A stretch of 63,735 nt of DNA, filler included, from Octopus bimaculoides (lineage: Eukaryota): the NCBI RefSeq assembly GCF_001194135.2. It is 4 parts of 4 records of this genome, joined end to end, with 100 filler letters (N's around TTAATTAATTAA, not from the genome) between each part and the next. Parts side by side here need not be neighbours in the genome. Positions count along the whole stretch, not along the records: positions 1 to 30,157 come from NC_068994.1; 3 more parts are not named here. One strand, written 5' to 3'. Each line of letters starts with the position of its first letter. Positions within the stretch are counted from its first letter, which is position 1. Position numbers and translations under genes: made by a program. The notes under the pieces were generated by a model that worked only from the letters and a program-made list of their open reading frames with translations, had not been told where the DNA came from and made no database searches. This document shows, in pieces, positions 1-10,800 of the stretch.

Positions 1-250
1 ATATATATATATATAAAACTGAGAATGTGTGTATGAATCCCTAAAACTCGAGAATTACCCAACTGATTTCATTCAAATTTTCCACATGCATTACTTAGGC
101 TCCATGGAGTGTCATGGGCCAAAGTAAATTTTCGACTTCTTGCCTAATACAGGCCCAGAGCAATCTTTTAGACTGGTTCAGTATTACGTATCAAAAGTGA
201 ATATTGTTTTACTTTTATTCTTTCACTTTTAATTTTAAGTCCAAGGTATA
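1..250 (+). mobile_element. Possible non-autonomous Helitron-like (Lep1/HINE-type) repeat fragment
   Basis: (TA)n then AAAACTGAGAATGTGTGT...AACTGATTTCATTCAAATTTT, resembling Lep1-type heads; related sequence at ~478-540 and 26830-27095. Family assignment from resemblance only. Confidence 0.35.
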
Positions 251-793
251 GAAAAATACACATTTATTGTTCAAGTACCAGTTAACTATTATTGCAGTAG
301 TTGCAAGGTATTTACTGTTACATATTAGCCCTTAAATTAATATTTAATGCATGTGCTTAATATAAGCACATGTATATTAAGAACTTTAGCTAATATCAAT
401 TATTGTAGCATTTACTGTTAAATTAGCACTACATGTGCTTCTGTTTGGTTAATCTATATATATCAAACATTTCCACCAAATCAAATCAAATTTTACATGG
501 TCATAGTATCACACCCCATGAGTGTCAACATGTAATGTTTTCATTTCATTTTGATTAAATCAATATAACATTTTATAGAGATAATCTTTCTCTAGTTAAA
601 TCTAGTGGAGGACATTTTATACCACAACAACAACGATGACAACAACGTCACATTTTGTATATGAGTGTGTATGTGTCTGTCAGTGTATGTGTGTGAGTGT
701 ATGAATGTGTATGTGTCTGTTAGTGTATGTGCATTTCCGTGTTCGACGTCACATTTTGTATATGACTGTCTGTGTCTGTGAGTGTATGAGTGT

Positions 794-837
<44 letters not shown>

Positions 838-929
838 CTGTGTGTTTCCACGTTAGAGACGTTATTCAACATGCACACTCACTTCTACACATACATATAC
901 ATATGTGACGTCTGACATACATGAATGTA

Positions 930-3135
930 TATCTCTGTGTGTCTCTCTTCCAATGTAGCATTGCTCCCCACAACTGTCAATATGTAATATGTAATTCTTT
1001 TCATTTGCATTAAAACAGTATAACATTTCATACAATCTCCTCCACTGCCAATTAGGTTGCCTAGATAACAAAAATTATCTACAACTTCCAGAGAACCACT
1101 GGGCATTTAAGGAAAGCCGTTTCCCTTGTATCTGTGGTCTTTATGGCTGCCATACATCTTCCACATACAAACACTACCATCTCTTTTAACCTTCCTACTA
1201 TTCCACTGCACCTCTTGTGTGTCCATAGCTTTCACTGGGTACACCAAATGGAATTTCTGCTTACACCCTTCCCACATATCAAGCAGCACCATTTACCTGA
1301 AGGGTGAAGGGTCCTGTTTGCTCTCTTGCTACTAGGACCTTAGTCTTTGCTAGGTTTACTTAAAGACTCTTCTGTTTCCACACCTGGAATTTCTTTTCTA
1401 ATTCTGTTACAGATTCTGCTTTAAGGGCAAGCTCATCAGCATATAATAGTTCCAAAGGACTTCCAGTCTTAAAATTCCTCTGTTGTGGCCTGGATGGTGA
1501 TGATGAATAGGAGAGAGCTGAGGACCGACCTTGGTGGACACCTACTGTACACTAAATTCATCACTGTACCCATGGCTAACTCTTACCTTACTAACAGCAC
1601 CCTCCTGTATATGGCCTGTACTGCTTTCACTACCCATTTGTCTATCTCTAACTTCCTCAGAGACCACCATATCATAGAGCAAGGTACTCTGTGGAAGGCT
1701 TTCTCTAAATGCCAAGTACAATGTCTTTTTCATAGCTAAATACTTCCTTTGCAGTTGCCTGACTATGAAAATAACATCCATGGTGCTTCTCCCCAAGACA
1801 AAGCCAAACTGCATTTCATCTAGTCTAATTCTGTTCCAAATTAACTGAGCTATTACTCATCTGTTCCAGCAATTTGATGCCTCTATCAGCTCCTTTACCC
1901 TTGTAGCAGCTGACTATGATGCTGCTACACCATCCACTGGGGATTACATCTTCCTGAATAACTTGATTAATGTATGGATGACTAGATTGTATCTACCAGA
2001 TATCTAAAGTATTTCAGCATTGACTCCTGATGGACCAGGGGCCTTCCCTGTCTTCATATCTTTAACTGCCTTAGCTTTTATGTTGCTGTCAACTAGGATA
2101 GCTGGTCCTTCTGTTGGGTTCACATGAGGAAGACTCCCTTTTCCCCATTCATTCTCCACATTTAATAGTCTTTTGTAATAGCTCTTCCACACCTTTTCAG
2201 GATCACTAAAGCAAACATACCATTATCTGTCCATAAACACTTTTCTTCCACACTGTCTGGCAATCCAGAACACCTCAAGTCTCTGATTTTCATGCTGTTA
2301 GACATTGACAAACCTTCTTTCTGCTTCTACCCGAGCTAGATATAGTTGTCTTCTCATTAAAGGCTTCTCATCAAAGGCTTCATTAAGGACATCTTTGAAA
2401 CTCTGCCCATTTGAAGGATCCTTGGGCTTCCATAACCTCTTTTTCCATATCAGTCTGTGTTTGGGATCCTTCTAGCCTTAAGTTCAAAGTCAACCATTAA
2501 CCTATGTTGAGTTGTACGTTCTCCACCTGGGAAAGATGTTCCATTCATAAGCATATGCCTGTCACTGTTTCTGATGAGGGTGTAGTTAACGTGGCTAGTG
2601 GGTTTTCTAAAGTAAGTGTTGCAAACCAATTAAGTCGTTTCCGGAGTCATAGCCTCTATTGAAGTGTTTTCCAGCATGGCCATTGAAGTCCCCAATCACA
2701 ATGACGACATCATTGTCTATCATTGTTGAGGTAGTTTGCAGAAGGGATTTATAGAAATGGTCCTTCTGAATATCTCTAAGTCTGAAATGTGGAGCATATG
2801 CAGAAATGAATGACACTGTAATATTAAACAGGACTAATCTTAACTTAATAATCCAATCATGCACCCTGATTACCTCAGTTATCTTATCCACCCATTTCTC
2901 TGCCAAACGAATACCTATGTCTCCTAAGCCATCATTGCTTCCCACCTAGAACTAGTCTCTATGTCTCTTGCCCATGAGCAGTCTAGCTGAGTCTCCTCTC
3001 CATTGTAACTCTTGCTCACAGCACATACGTACACACCTCAACTCAACCATTTCAACAATATCACCAGGCCTACCTTTCATTGTATCAACATTGATTGTAG
3101 CTGTTCTGAGGATTTGAACCTGGGAAGCCTAAGAG
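930..3135 (-). mobile_element. Decayed RTE-clade LINE (APE endonuclease + RT + inserted Zn finger), 3' truncated
   Basis: Minus-strand frames give APE motifs (SAYAPH, VIGDFNGH), WKSYYKRLLNVENEW, KAPGPSGV, RT MQFGFVLGRSTMDVIFIVRQLQ, YADE and LEVVDNFCYLG; many stops and frameshifts. Confidence 0.9.
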
Positions 3136-3479
3136 GGAAGTTGTTGGGATGTGTTCAGCATCTGGAAAGAAGATCTCAGCAATCACTTGCCTGAAGGTAA
3201 CAGGTCCTTTGGCTTAATGTAAGCCAGTACAGGTTACAGCATAAGAATAAAGTTTCTATAATGGATAGACAAATTAGTAGGTTTGCTTTGATACAGTGGT
3301 AGAAAGCCTGTCATATGTACGAGATGTGGATTCAAGTCCTACAGACAGTCTTTGACTTTTTCTATCCAAAAGGGATTTTCAACCCAACATTTACATGCTA
3401 TTAATTATAGCTTTATACATTCTTCAGGAATGAATGTCAAGAAAAAATTTCACACATATATATATATATATATATATTT

Positions 3480-3542
<63 letters not shown>

Positions 3543-3832
3543 NNNNNNNNNNNNNNNNNNNNNNNNNNNNNNNNNNNNNNNNNNNNNNNNNNNNNNNNNN
3601 NNNNNNNNNNNNNNNNNNNNNNNNNNNNNNNNNNNNNNNNNNNNNNNNNNNNNNNNNNNNNNNNNNNNNNNNNNNNNNNNNNNNNNNNNNNNNNNNNNNN
3701 NNNNNNNNNNNNNGATGATATTAGAATTTTTCTTATCTATAGGAAGGAAGGGAAGGAATACATTAAAAGTCAGCTTGAATCTTGCTTGCTTGTAATGTTA
3801 CTCAGCCAAACTGGCACATTATAGGAAAATAC

Positions 3833-3951
3833 TATGAATAAAACAAATTTCATGTAAATCAGACAAGTGGTTGTGGAAATATTGGGGGTTTTCAAAGTAT
3901 AAATACTCAAAACAGTGCATAATGGGAAAATATTCCAAAAATAACTTTGTC
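3833..3951 (-). CDS. Candidate internal exon of an unidentified host gene (119 nt, phase 2 to 1)
   Basis: Acceptor TTTTTCCTTTCAG|G, donor CATA|GTATTT; open as (R)TKLFLEYFPIMHCFEYLYFENPQYFHNHLSDLHEICFIH, in phase with the 4718-4833 exon. Confidence 0.5.
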
Positions 3952-4220
3952 CTGAAAGGAAAAACCTTACCTTTCAATTAGATACAGTGACTTGAAAACA
4001 AAAACATACGATTTGTTTTATACAGTATTTATATTTTAGCTTTCTTTAAACAGACAATATTTTAATGTTTTTTAAAATTATTTTCAAATGAATACCATTA
4101 CAAAAGTTTTTTTGGCATTTAAAAAAAATATTTTAAAGTGAAAATGACTTCAAAAATATGGTAAATATTTCATAAAAGATAAATCATTTGTAACCTCAGT
4201 GTGGAATAATTTTTTCCATA

Positions 4221-4610
4221 GGCGCAGAAGTGGCTGTGTGGTAAGTAGCTTGCTTACCAACCACATGGTTCCAGGTTTAGTGTGTGGCACTTTGGGCAAG
4301 TGTCTTCTACTATAGCCTTGGGCCGACCAAAGCCTTGTGAATGAATTTGGTAGACGGAAACTGAAAGAAGCCCGTTCTATGTATATATATATGTGTGTGT
4401 GTGTGCCTGTGTTTGTCCACCCAACATCGCTTGACAACCGATGTTAGTATGTTTTCATCCTCGTAACTTAGTGTTTCGGCAAAAGAGACTGATAGAATAA
4501 ATACTAGGCTTACAAAGAATAAGTTCTGGGGTCGATTTGCTCGACTAAAGGTGGTGCTCCAGCTTAGCCACAGTCAAATAACTGAAACAAGTAAAAGAAT
4601 AAAAGAATAG
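4221..4610 (+). mobile_element. tRNA-derived SINE, family A (CORE-like segment, internal microsatellite)
   Basis: Head GGCGCAGAAGTGGCTGTGTGG, CORE-like GGCACTTTGGGCAAGTGTCTT, 3' end GTCAAATAACTGAAACAAGTAAAAGAATA; many related copies in the window. Confidence 0.85.
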
Positions 4611-4717
4611 TTTTTTTCAAGTACATTGAACATATCTTGCCTCCAAAGATTTGGCTACTATTTCTAGCACACCCTGCTACAACGGAACAACTATTTGTGA
4701 AAAAGGACTTGAAATAC

Positions 4718-4833
4718 CTGTTACGTGTTTGCAGGGCATGCAAGAAGTAGCAGCCATATCTTTCCTCTTTTGGGGAAAGGAGCCATTTACGCATGCTTTC
4801 AATGTCACATTCGTTGAAAGAATGTGAAATAAC
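4718..4833 (-). CDS. Candidate internal exon of an unidentified host gene (116 nt, phase 0 to 2)
   Basis: Strong acceptor (T)12CCAG|G, donor CAG|GTATTT; open as VISHSFNECDIESMRKWLLSPKEERYGCYFLHALQTRN. Confidence 0.65.
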
Positions 4834-5050
4834 CTGGAAAAAAAAAAAACCCCACGAAACAAAAAATTCCGTTGCTGGGAAACTCAAACTTTCATCAAAC
4901 CATTTCTCTGTCATTTATGACTTTATACACTCCTCATGGTTTTCTCTTGTATTGTACTATATATTCTATATGTTTTGTAGAATGATACATCTAAAAGTTT
5001 TTCTATGAGTACTAATGAATTACTTGAATCCATATATTGTGACTTAAATT

Positions 5051-5090
<40 letters not shown>

Positions 5091-5268
5091 CAGTGGTGTT
5101 CATAAATATTCATAACATCTAGAATAAAATTAAATTTTTTAAATATTCTTCTTATTGCTCATTGGTTTGTAATATTTTTTGTATATTGTTTATACTTTGT
5201 TAATATACACAATTTCATTTAATTATCCATTTAGTTTTACAATGAATAACGAAATTCAAATTCAAAAG

Positions 5269-5385
5269 TGACCAGTAGAATCAGTACTAGGCTTTCAAAG
5301 AATGAGTCCTGGGGTTGGTTTCAACTAAAGGTGGTGCTCTAGTATGGCTGCAGTCAAATGACTGAAACAAATAAATGATTAAAAG
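5269..5385 (+). mobile_element. SINE family A 3' fragment inserted in the left Tc1 TIR
   Basis: AGTACTAGGCTTTCAAAGAATGAGTCCTGGGG...GTCAAATGACTGAAAC; TIR homology resumes after it. Confidence 0.75.
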
Positions 5386-5587
5386 AGTACATGTGCAAAA
5401 TTATTCATAACATATTGTTTAATCATTTATTTTGATTAAAAATTAATTTAAAACATTAAATATATTATTAAAAATTAAAATTTGATGTATATATTACTAT
5501 TAATAATTGTTAGTAAAACCTTAATATTATTGACACGTGTCAATAGTGTCATCATATTTTCCTTGCAATTCCAATTACTATACAAAA

Positions 5588-6476
5588 ATGCTGAAGCAAA
5601 ATGAGATCAGTGTTAATCTAAGAGGAAACATTGTAGAAGCTCACATGTTTGGTGATGGATACAGGAAGATTTCTAAACGATTTTCTGTCAAAATACCACC
5701 CATTCAATCAATTATTAAGAAATATTGAACCTACAGTTGTGTGGCAAAGAGCAAAAGAAAGCGAAAGTTGTCAGATGAACTCATTCAAAGGCTGGGGAGA
5801 CAAATAGAGTGTGAACTAAGGACAACTAAGGTCAGCAAGTAGATTGGCCAGCTTAGTGTAAATATTTCATCATCAACTACGAGGAGAACTTTGTGGTTAT
5901 GAGGGCTCTGTAGGTGCCAAGCAAGAAAAAAAAACCAAGCTGGACATAAACTATGCAAAAGGCATGTTAAACAATCCTGTTCAGTTTTGGTCAAACATTC
6001 TGTGATCTCACAAGACCAGAATTGAACTTTTTGGCCATAACAAGAATGCCACAATCTGGCAGATATCTGGGCAGGCTTTTCAACCCCAAAACATCATCAT
6101 TTGTGAAAATTTAATGTTTTGTGAGTGTTTTTCAGCATGCAGCCCAGGATGACTAGTTGCCATCAAAGACCAGATGAAAAAGGAGGACTATGTCAAAATA
6201 TTAGACGAGTATCTTCAAGCATCAGCAGAGGAATTTGAGCTTGGCAATGATTGGATCTTTCAACAAGATAATGATCCAAAGCATATTTCAAAATTAGTGA
6301 CTACCTGGCTTGACAAAAATATTATCAACATTTTGCAATGGCCATCTCAATCACCAGACTTGAATCCAATTGAAAATCTTTGGGGCCACTTCAAAGCCCT
6401 GAGTCAGGAAACATGCCCAAAATATCTTAACATTTTAGGGATGATTGTATATGAGGAATGGACAAAAGTTGATTAA
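5588..6476 (+). pseudogene. Tc1 transposase pseudogene (DD34E)
   Basis: N-terminal HTH (LRGNIVEAH...GYRKISKRF) and catalytic FQQDNDPKH...SPDLNPIENLW with 34 residues between D and E; frameshifted. Confidence 0.88.
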
Positions 6477-6505
6477 AAAATTTGTTTTAAGTTTGTTTCT
6501 GGTTA

Positions 6506-6706
6506 TATTCTTTTATTCTTTTACTTGTTTCAGTCATTTGACTGTGGCCATACTGGAGCACCACCTTTCATCAAGCAAATTGACCCCAGGACTTATTCTT
6601 TATAAGCCTAGTACTTATTCTATCGGTCCCTTTTGCCGAAGCACTAAGTCACGGGGACATAAACATGCCAACATCGGTTGTTAAGCAATGTTGGGTGGAC
6701 AAACAT

Positions 6707-6753
<47 letters not shown>

Positions 6754-6865
6754 CGATGGGCTTCTTTCAGTTTCCATCTACCAAGTCCACTCACAAGGCT
6801 TTGGTTGGCCCAAGGCTATAGTGGAAGACACTTGCCCAAAGTGCCACACATTGGGACTGAACCCC
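6506..6865 (-). mobile_element. SINE family A inserted into the Tc1 element
   Basis: Reverse complement of the 4221-4610 SINE, with internal (CA)n. Confidence 0.85.
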
Positions 6866-7219
6866 AAAAATTAAATATGGTTATTGATAATAAAGGCTTT
6901 GCAATTAGTTATTAAACAAAATGTTATGACTAATTTTGCACATACATCATCCTATAATTTTTTGAATTTTGTTAATTTCGATTGTTATTTATCTGTTGTA
7001 AAAATAAATTAATAATTAAATGAAATTGTGTATATTAATAAAGTATAAATAATAAACAAAATATATTACAAACCAACTAGTAATAAGAAGAATATTTTTA
7101 AAAATCAATTTTATTCTTGACATTATGAACACAACTGTATGAATAAATGTTCACTATAATAAAAAAAAAGAAATTACATTAATCTGGTGGGTTACTCCAT
7201 ACTTTTGTAGAGTACAAAT

Positions 7220-7363
7220 TCATTATTCTTAAGCAGTAATATTATTGACAGTGACTTTGAAGTTTCAACCAGCTAAGCCATCGTCTGACTGCAGTCTGAC
7301 AATGGCTTAGCTGGCTGAAACTTCGAAGTCACTGTCAATAATATTCTTATTTAAGAATAATGA
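7220..7363. repeat. 144-bp near-perfect palindrome with no spacer
   Basis: 72-bp arms centred on GACTG|CAGTC (7291/7292); a few isolated mismatches plus one ~5-nt mismatched block. Confidence 0.92.
7249..7334. ncRNA. Two head-to-head minimal hammerhead ribozyme motifs, one per strand, each with one core mutation
   Basis: Plus 7292-7334: CAGT-CTGACAA-T-GGC ttagctg GCT-GAAAC TTCGAA GTC|ACTG; minus 7249-7291: CAGT-CAGACGA-T-GGC ttagctg GTT-GAAAC TTCAAA GTC|ACTG; consensus restores CUGACGA. Confidence 0.65.
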
Positions 7364-7543
7364 ATAATACATACATACATACATACAATCATTCATTCAT
7401 TCATTCATTCATTTTGTGTTATGCTAAGAAGTGGTGCCCGATAACAAACTGCTCAAACTCTTGTTAAAGTATCCACACAAGTGGAGTCTAGACTGGTTAC
7501 TTTGTACTTGTACCTAGTCATATAAGTTATAGAATTAAAATTT

Positions 7544-7619
7544 TTTAAACTGAGGAAGGTTTATGTAATGGATGCATTTCCTATTATATATTATGTAAAC
7601 CTGAAATGTACATATTAAA
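7544..7619 (+). ncRNA. Minimal hammerhead ribozyme motif with long stem II and intact core
   Basis: CTGAGGA (7550-7556), 13-bp stem II AGGTTTATGTAAT/ATTATGTAAACCT, GAAA-TGTACA-TA|TTAAA with palindromic ATGTACAT; weak AT-only stem I. Confidence 0.55.
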
Positions 7620-7902
7620 TGGTTTCAAAATATTACTATTTGATTTGATTTCACTATTACAACTTACACACACACACACACACACAACATACACGCAAGC
7701 CATCATATAACATTTGTATTTACATTTCTGCCTTGTTGGTCGTGCAGTAAGCTTTCTGTACCTTTTCGTTCCTTCAGGTGAAGCAGTGTCATGACATTGT
7801 CATCCTCTTTTAATTTTAGTTACATTTATCAATTCCTCTCCCTCCATTTTCCTTCATACTCCTTATTTCTCTTTCCATTCACTTTTCTCTTTTTTCAGCT
7901 AC

Positions 7903-7944
<42 letters not shown>

Positions 7945-9014
7945 ATTATAACAATTTTTTTTAACTGTTCATTATGCATTTTGCAAAGACAGGTGACAGA
8001 TTTATGTGTTTTCGTCTTTCATATTGTTTGCAGTAATGTTTCTTTTCAAACAACTGAATATCTGCTTCTTCCATTAAACATTTGTATGTGAATAGGGGTG
8101 GAATCTTTTTAGCAGCCAGACAGACTGACACAACATAATGCAGCCCAGCACAATGTCACTAGTAGTAGTAATAGGAATAGTGGCAGCTACAGTAATATGA
8201 GTATGAGGAGGAAGAGGAGAAGTAGAAACAGCAGTAGTAGTGGTGGTGATAGTGTTTAAACTTTCATGTCCCTGTGGCCAGTACATTATTTTAAAACCTT
8301 CCATGACTAGTATTGTAGATTCTAAATTTGAAATAATGAACACCACCAACATCAACAACAACAGCTATAGCAATAGTAATAAATATGAAAAAACAATGTG
8401 ATACAAATATATTAATAACATATTAATGGAAGATAATGATGTTTGATCAATGTAAATGGGGGAAATTTTAAAGTGTGAACAGCAGGAAATGTTATTGGAT
8501 GAGAATTATTATTTGCATACTTAATGCTTGAATATAAATGTGGAATACTAATGACAATGTTATTTCATGAATAATCACAAAAGATTTGCATGTGTTTGTG
8601 TGTAAGTGTGTGAGTGTGTACATACATACACATGTATGTATGTATNNNNNNNNNNNNNNNNNNNNNNNNNNNNNNNNNNNNNNNNNNNNNNNNNNNNNNN
8701 NNNNNNNNNNNNNNNNNNNNNNNNNNNNNNNNNNNNNNNNNNNNNNNNNNNNNNNNNNNNNNNNNNNNNNNNNNNNNNNNNNNNNNNNNNNNNNNNNNNN
8801 NNNNNNNNNNNNNNNNNNNNNNNNNNNNNNNNNNNNNNNNNNNNNNNNNNNNNNNNNNNNNNNNNNNNNNNNNNNNNNNNNNNNNNNNNNNNNNNNNNNN
8901 NNNNNNNNNNNNNNNNNNNNNNNNNNNNNNNNNNNNNNNNNNNNNNNNNNNNNNNNNNNNNNNNNNNNNNNNNNNNNNNNNNNNNNNNNNNNNNNNNNNN
9001 NNNNNNNNNNNATA

Positions 9015-9300
9015 TATAGTCAAGGCACATGGCTTAATGGTTTGGGTGTTGCACTCATGATTGCAAGATCGTGGTTTAATTCCCAGACCTAGCATTGCAT
9101 AATGTTCTTGAGCAAAGCACTTCATTTCATGTTGCTCTGTTATCATAAGTGGCACATGGTGCAACTGTACAGGTAATGTTGATTGATGGAGGGAGTGGGC
9201 TTATGTGAACACAAACATTTGATCACTATAAACTAATCATCTATGTGGTTGTTCGGCAATTTCTTGCCAAACCCTCATGCGTCATCTAATGTTGGGAGAG
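9015..9300 (+). mobile_element. tRNA-derived SINE
   Basis: A/B-box-like head GGCACATGGCTTAATGGTT...GGTTTAATTCCCAGAC followed by TTCTTGAGCAAAGCACTT. Confidence 0.6.
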
Positions 9301-9385
9301 TCCTTCTGGTCATTTCAAAATGTAACCACATGTGAATCGTTGACAATTTTTTTCCTCCGTTTTCCTTTTCTATTAGACTTCCTCT

Positions 9386-9420
9386 GTTTCTGAAGACGAG
9401 CTTTGCTTGAAACATTAAAC
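9386..9420 (+). ncRNA. Minimal hammerhead ribozyme motif in a probable PLE terminal-repeat remnant (~9300-9520)
   Basis: GTTT-CTGAAGA-C-GAGC ttt GCTT-GAAAC ATT|AAAC; two apparent CpG-decay changes from GCTC-GAAACGTT; followed by pyrimidine-rich tail and (TA)n. Confidence 0.6.
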
Positions 9421-9520
9421 CATCTTTCTTTCCTTCCCTAAGCATCTGCTAATACGTTACATGTACCATGTCCTCGCGTTGTTTTTTTGTGTTTGTTCTT
9501 TGTTTGTTTTTTTAATTTAC

Positions 9521-9570
<50 letters not shown>

Positions 9571-10572
9571 AGTAAAAATAAATACAAAAAAGGTGTTTTT
9601 TTGTATGATTGTGTATAGAGGAATATATTATTTTGTTTAAAAGAGTTCCAACACTGTCTGTTTTTTATGTTTTATTTATATTCCTGCAGAACCAATGTGG
9701 GGTATAGAATATGGAATATACAATATATAATATAAAATAAAATAAAATAAAAAATGGATGGCACCATGAAAGAAAGTATTGAATGTAGATGAAATATTGA
9801 GTGTTCAATATAAAGGATCAAATATATAAATATAAATATATAAAGGCGACNNNNNNNNNNNNNNNNNNNNNNNNNNNNNNNNNNNNNNNNNNNNNNNNNN
9901 NNNNNNNNNNNNNNNNNNNNNNNNNNNNNNNNNNNNNNNNNNNNNNNNNNNNNNNNNNNNNNNNNNNNNNNNNNNNNNNNNNNNNNNNNNNNNNNNNNNN
10001 NNNNNNNNNNNNNNNNNNNNNNNNNNNNNNNNNNNNNNNNNNNNNNNNNNNNNNNNNNNNNNNNNNNNNNNNNNNNNNNNNNNNNNNNNNNNNNNNNNNN
10101 NNNNNNNNNNNNNNNNNNNNNNNNNNNNNNNNNNNNNNNNNNNNNNNNNNNNNNNNNNNNNNNNNNNNNNNNNNNNNNNNNNNNNNNNNNNNNNNNNNNN
10201 NNNNNNNNNNNNNNNNNNNNNNNNNNNNNNNNNNNNNNNNNNNNNNNNNNNNNNNNNNNNNNNNNNNNNNNNNNNNNNNNNNNNNNNNNNNNNNNNNNNN
10301 NNNNNNNNNNNNNNNNNNNNNNNNNNNNNNNNNNNNNNNNNNNNNNNNNNNNNNNNNNNNNNNNNNNNNNNNNNNNNNNNNNNNNNNNNNNNNNNNNNNN
10401 NNNNNNNNNNNNNNNNNNNNNNNNNNNNNNNNNNNNNTATATATATATATATAAGTAATTAAGATTCAGTTGCGTTAGGTACTTAAATTGAAGCACCAAG
10501 TCAGTCCAGTATTATCCGCACAGCTCAAAGTAAGGTGAATTAAAATCAAAATAACAAGATTTCAAGTAATAA

Positions 10573-10658
10573 TGCAGTACAGCTGTTTCAAGTGGCTCCG
10601 TTTAATTGAACAATGCAATCATTATATCAATTTAAATACAGCTCTCTCTTCAGCTTCA
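10573..10658 (-). ncRNA. Minimal hammerhead ribozyme motif with intact core and long degenerate stem II
   Basis: Minus strand: TGAAG-CTGAAGA-[GAG...~50 nt imperfect hairpin...CTT]-GAAAC AGCT GTA|CTGCA; palindromic ACAGCTGT; stem I 4/5 paired. Confidence 0.55.
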
Positions 10659-10800
10659 CAAATATGGATTTTCAACAGACAAGATATATTAATATAATTT
10701 TTCTTAAATATTTTAACAGAGCAAGAGTATGGAAGAATTTCATGCCACTGTTGTAGCTAGAATAGCTAATAGAATAACAGACTGCAATTTAGAGTGGCAT

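Larger units (their letters stand above)
5091..7137 (+). mobile_element. Tc1-family DNA transposon with long (~230 bp) IR/DR-type TIRs, non-functional
   Basis: TA TSDs at 5089-5090 and 7138-7139; ends CAGTGGTGTTCATAA / TTATGAACACAACTG; TIR similarity extends ~230 bp; decayed transposase inside. Confidence 0.92.

Noticed and set aside
2565-2600. CTGATGA motif, and a similar one on the minus strand at ~20830-20860
   Set aside because: Both lie inside RTE or PLE coding remnants and lack proper stems.
3105-3125. B-box-like GGTTCAAATCC on the minus strand
   Set aside because: Falls in the RTE endonuclease N-terminal codons (QVQILRTA); no A box or cloverleaf.
3285-3350. tRNA-like segment
   Set aside because: No acceptor stem or consistent cloverleaf; at best a decayed SINE head. 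No genuine tRNA gene was found in the window.
7700-7900. Pyrimidine-rich AG sites and a short minus-strand frame as a possible exon
   Set aside because: Stops in all frames after the only plausible minus acceptor; no consistent donor on plus.
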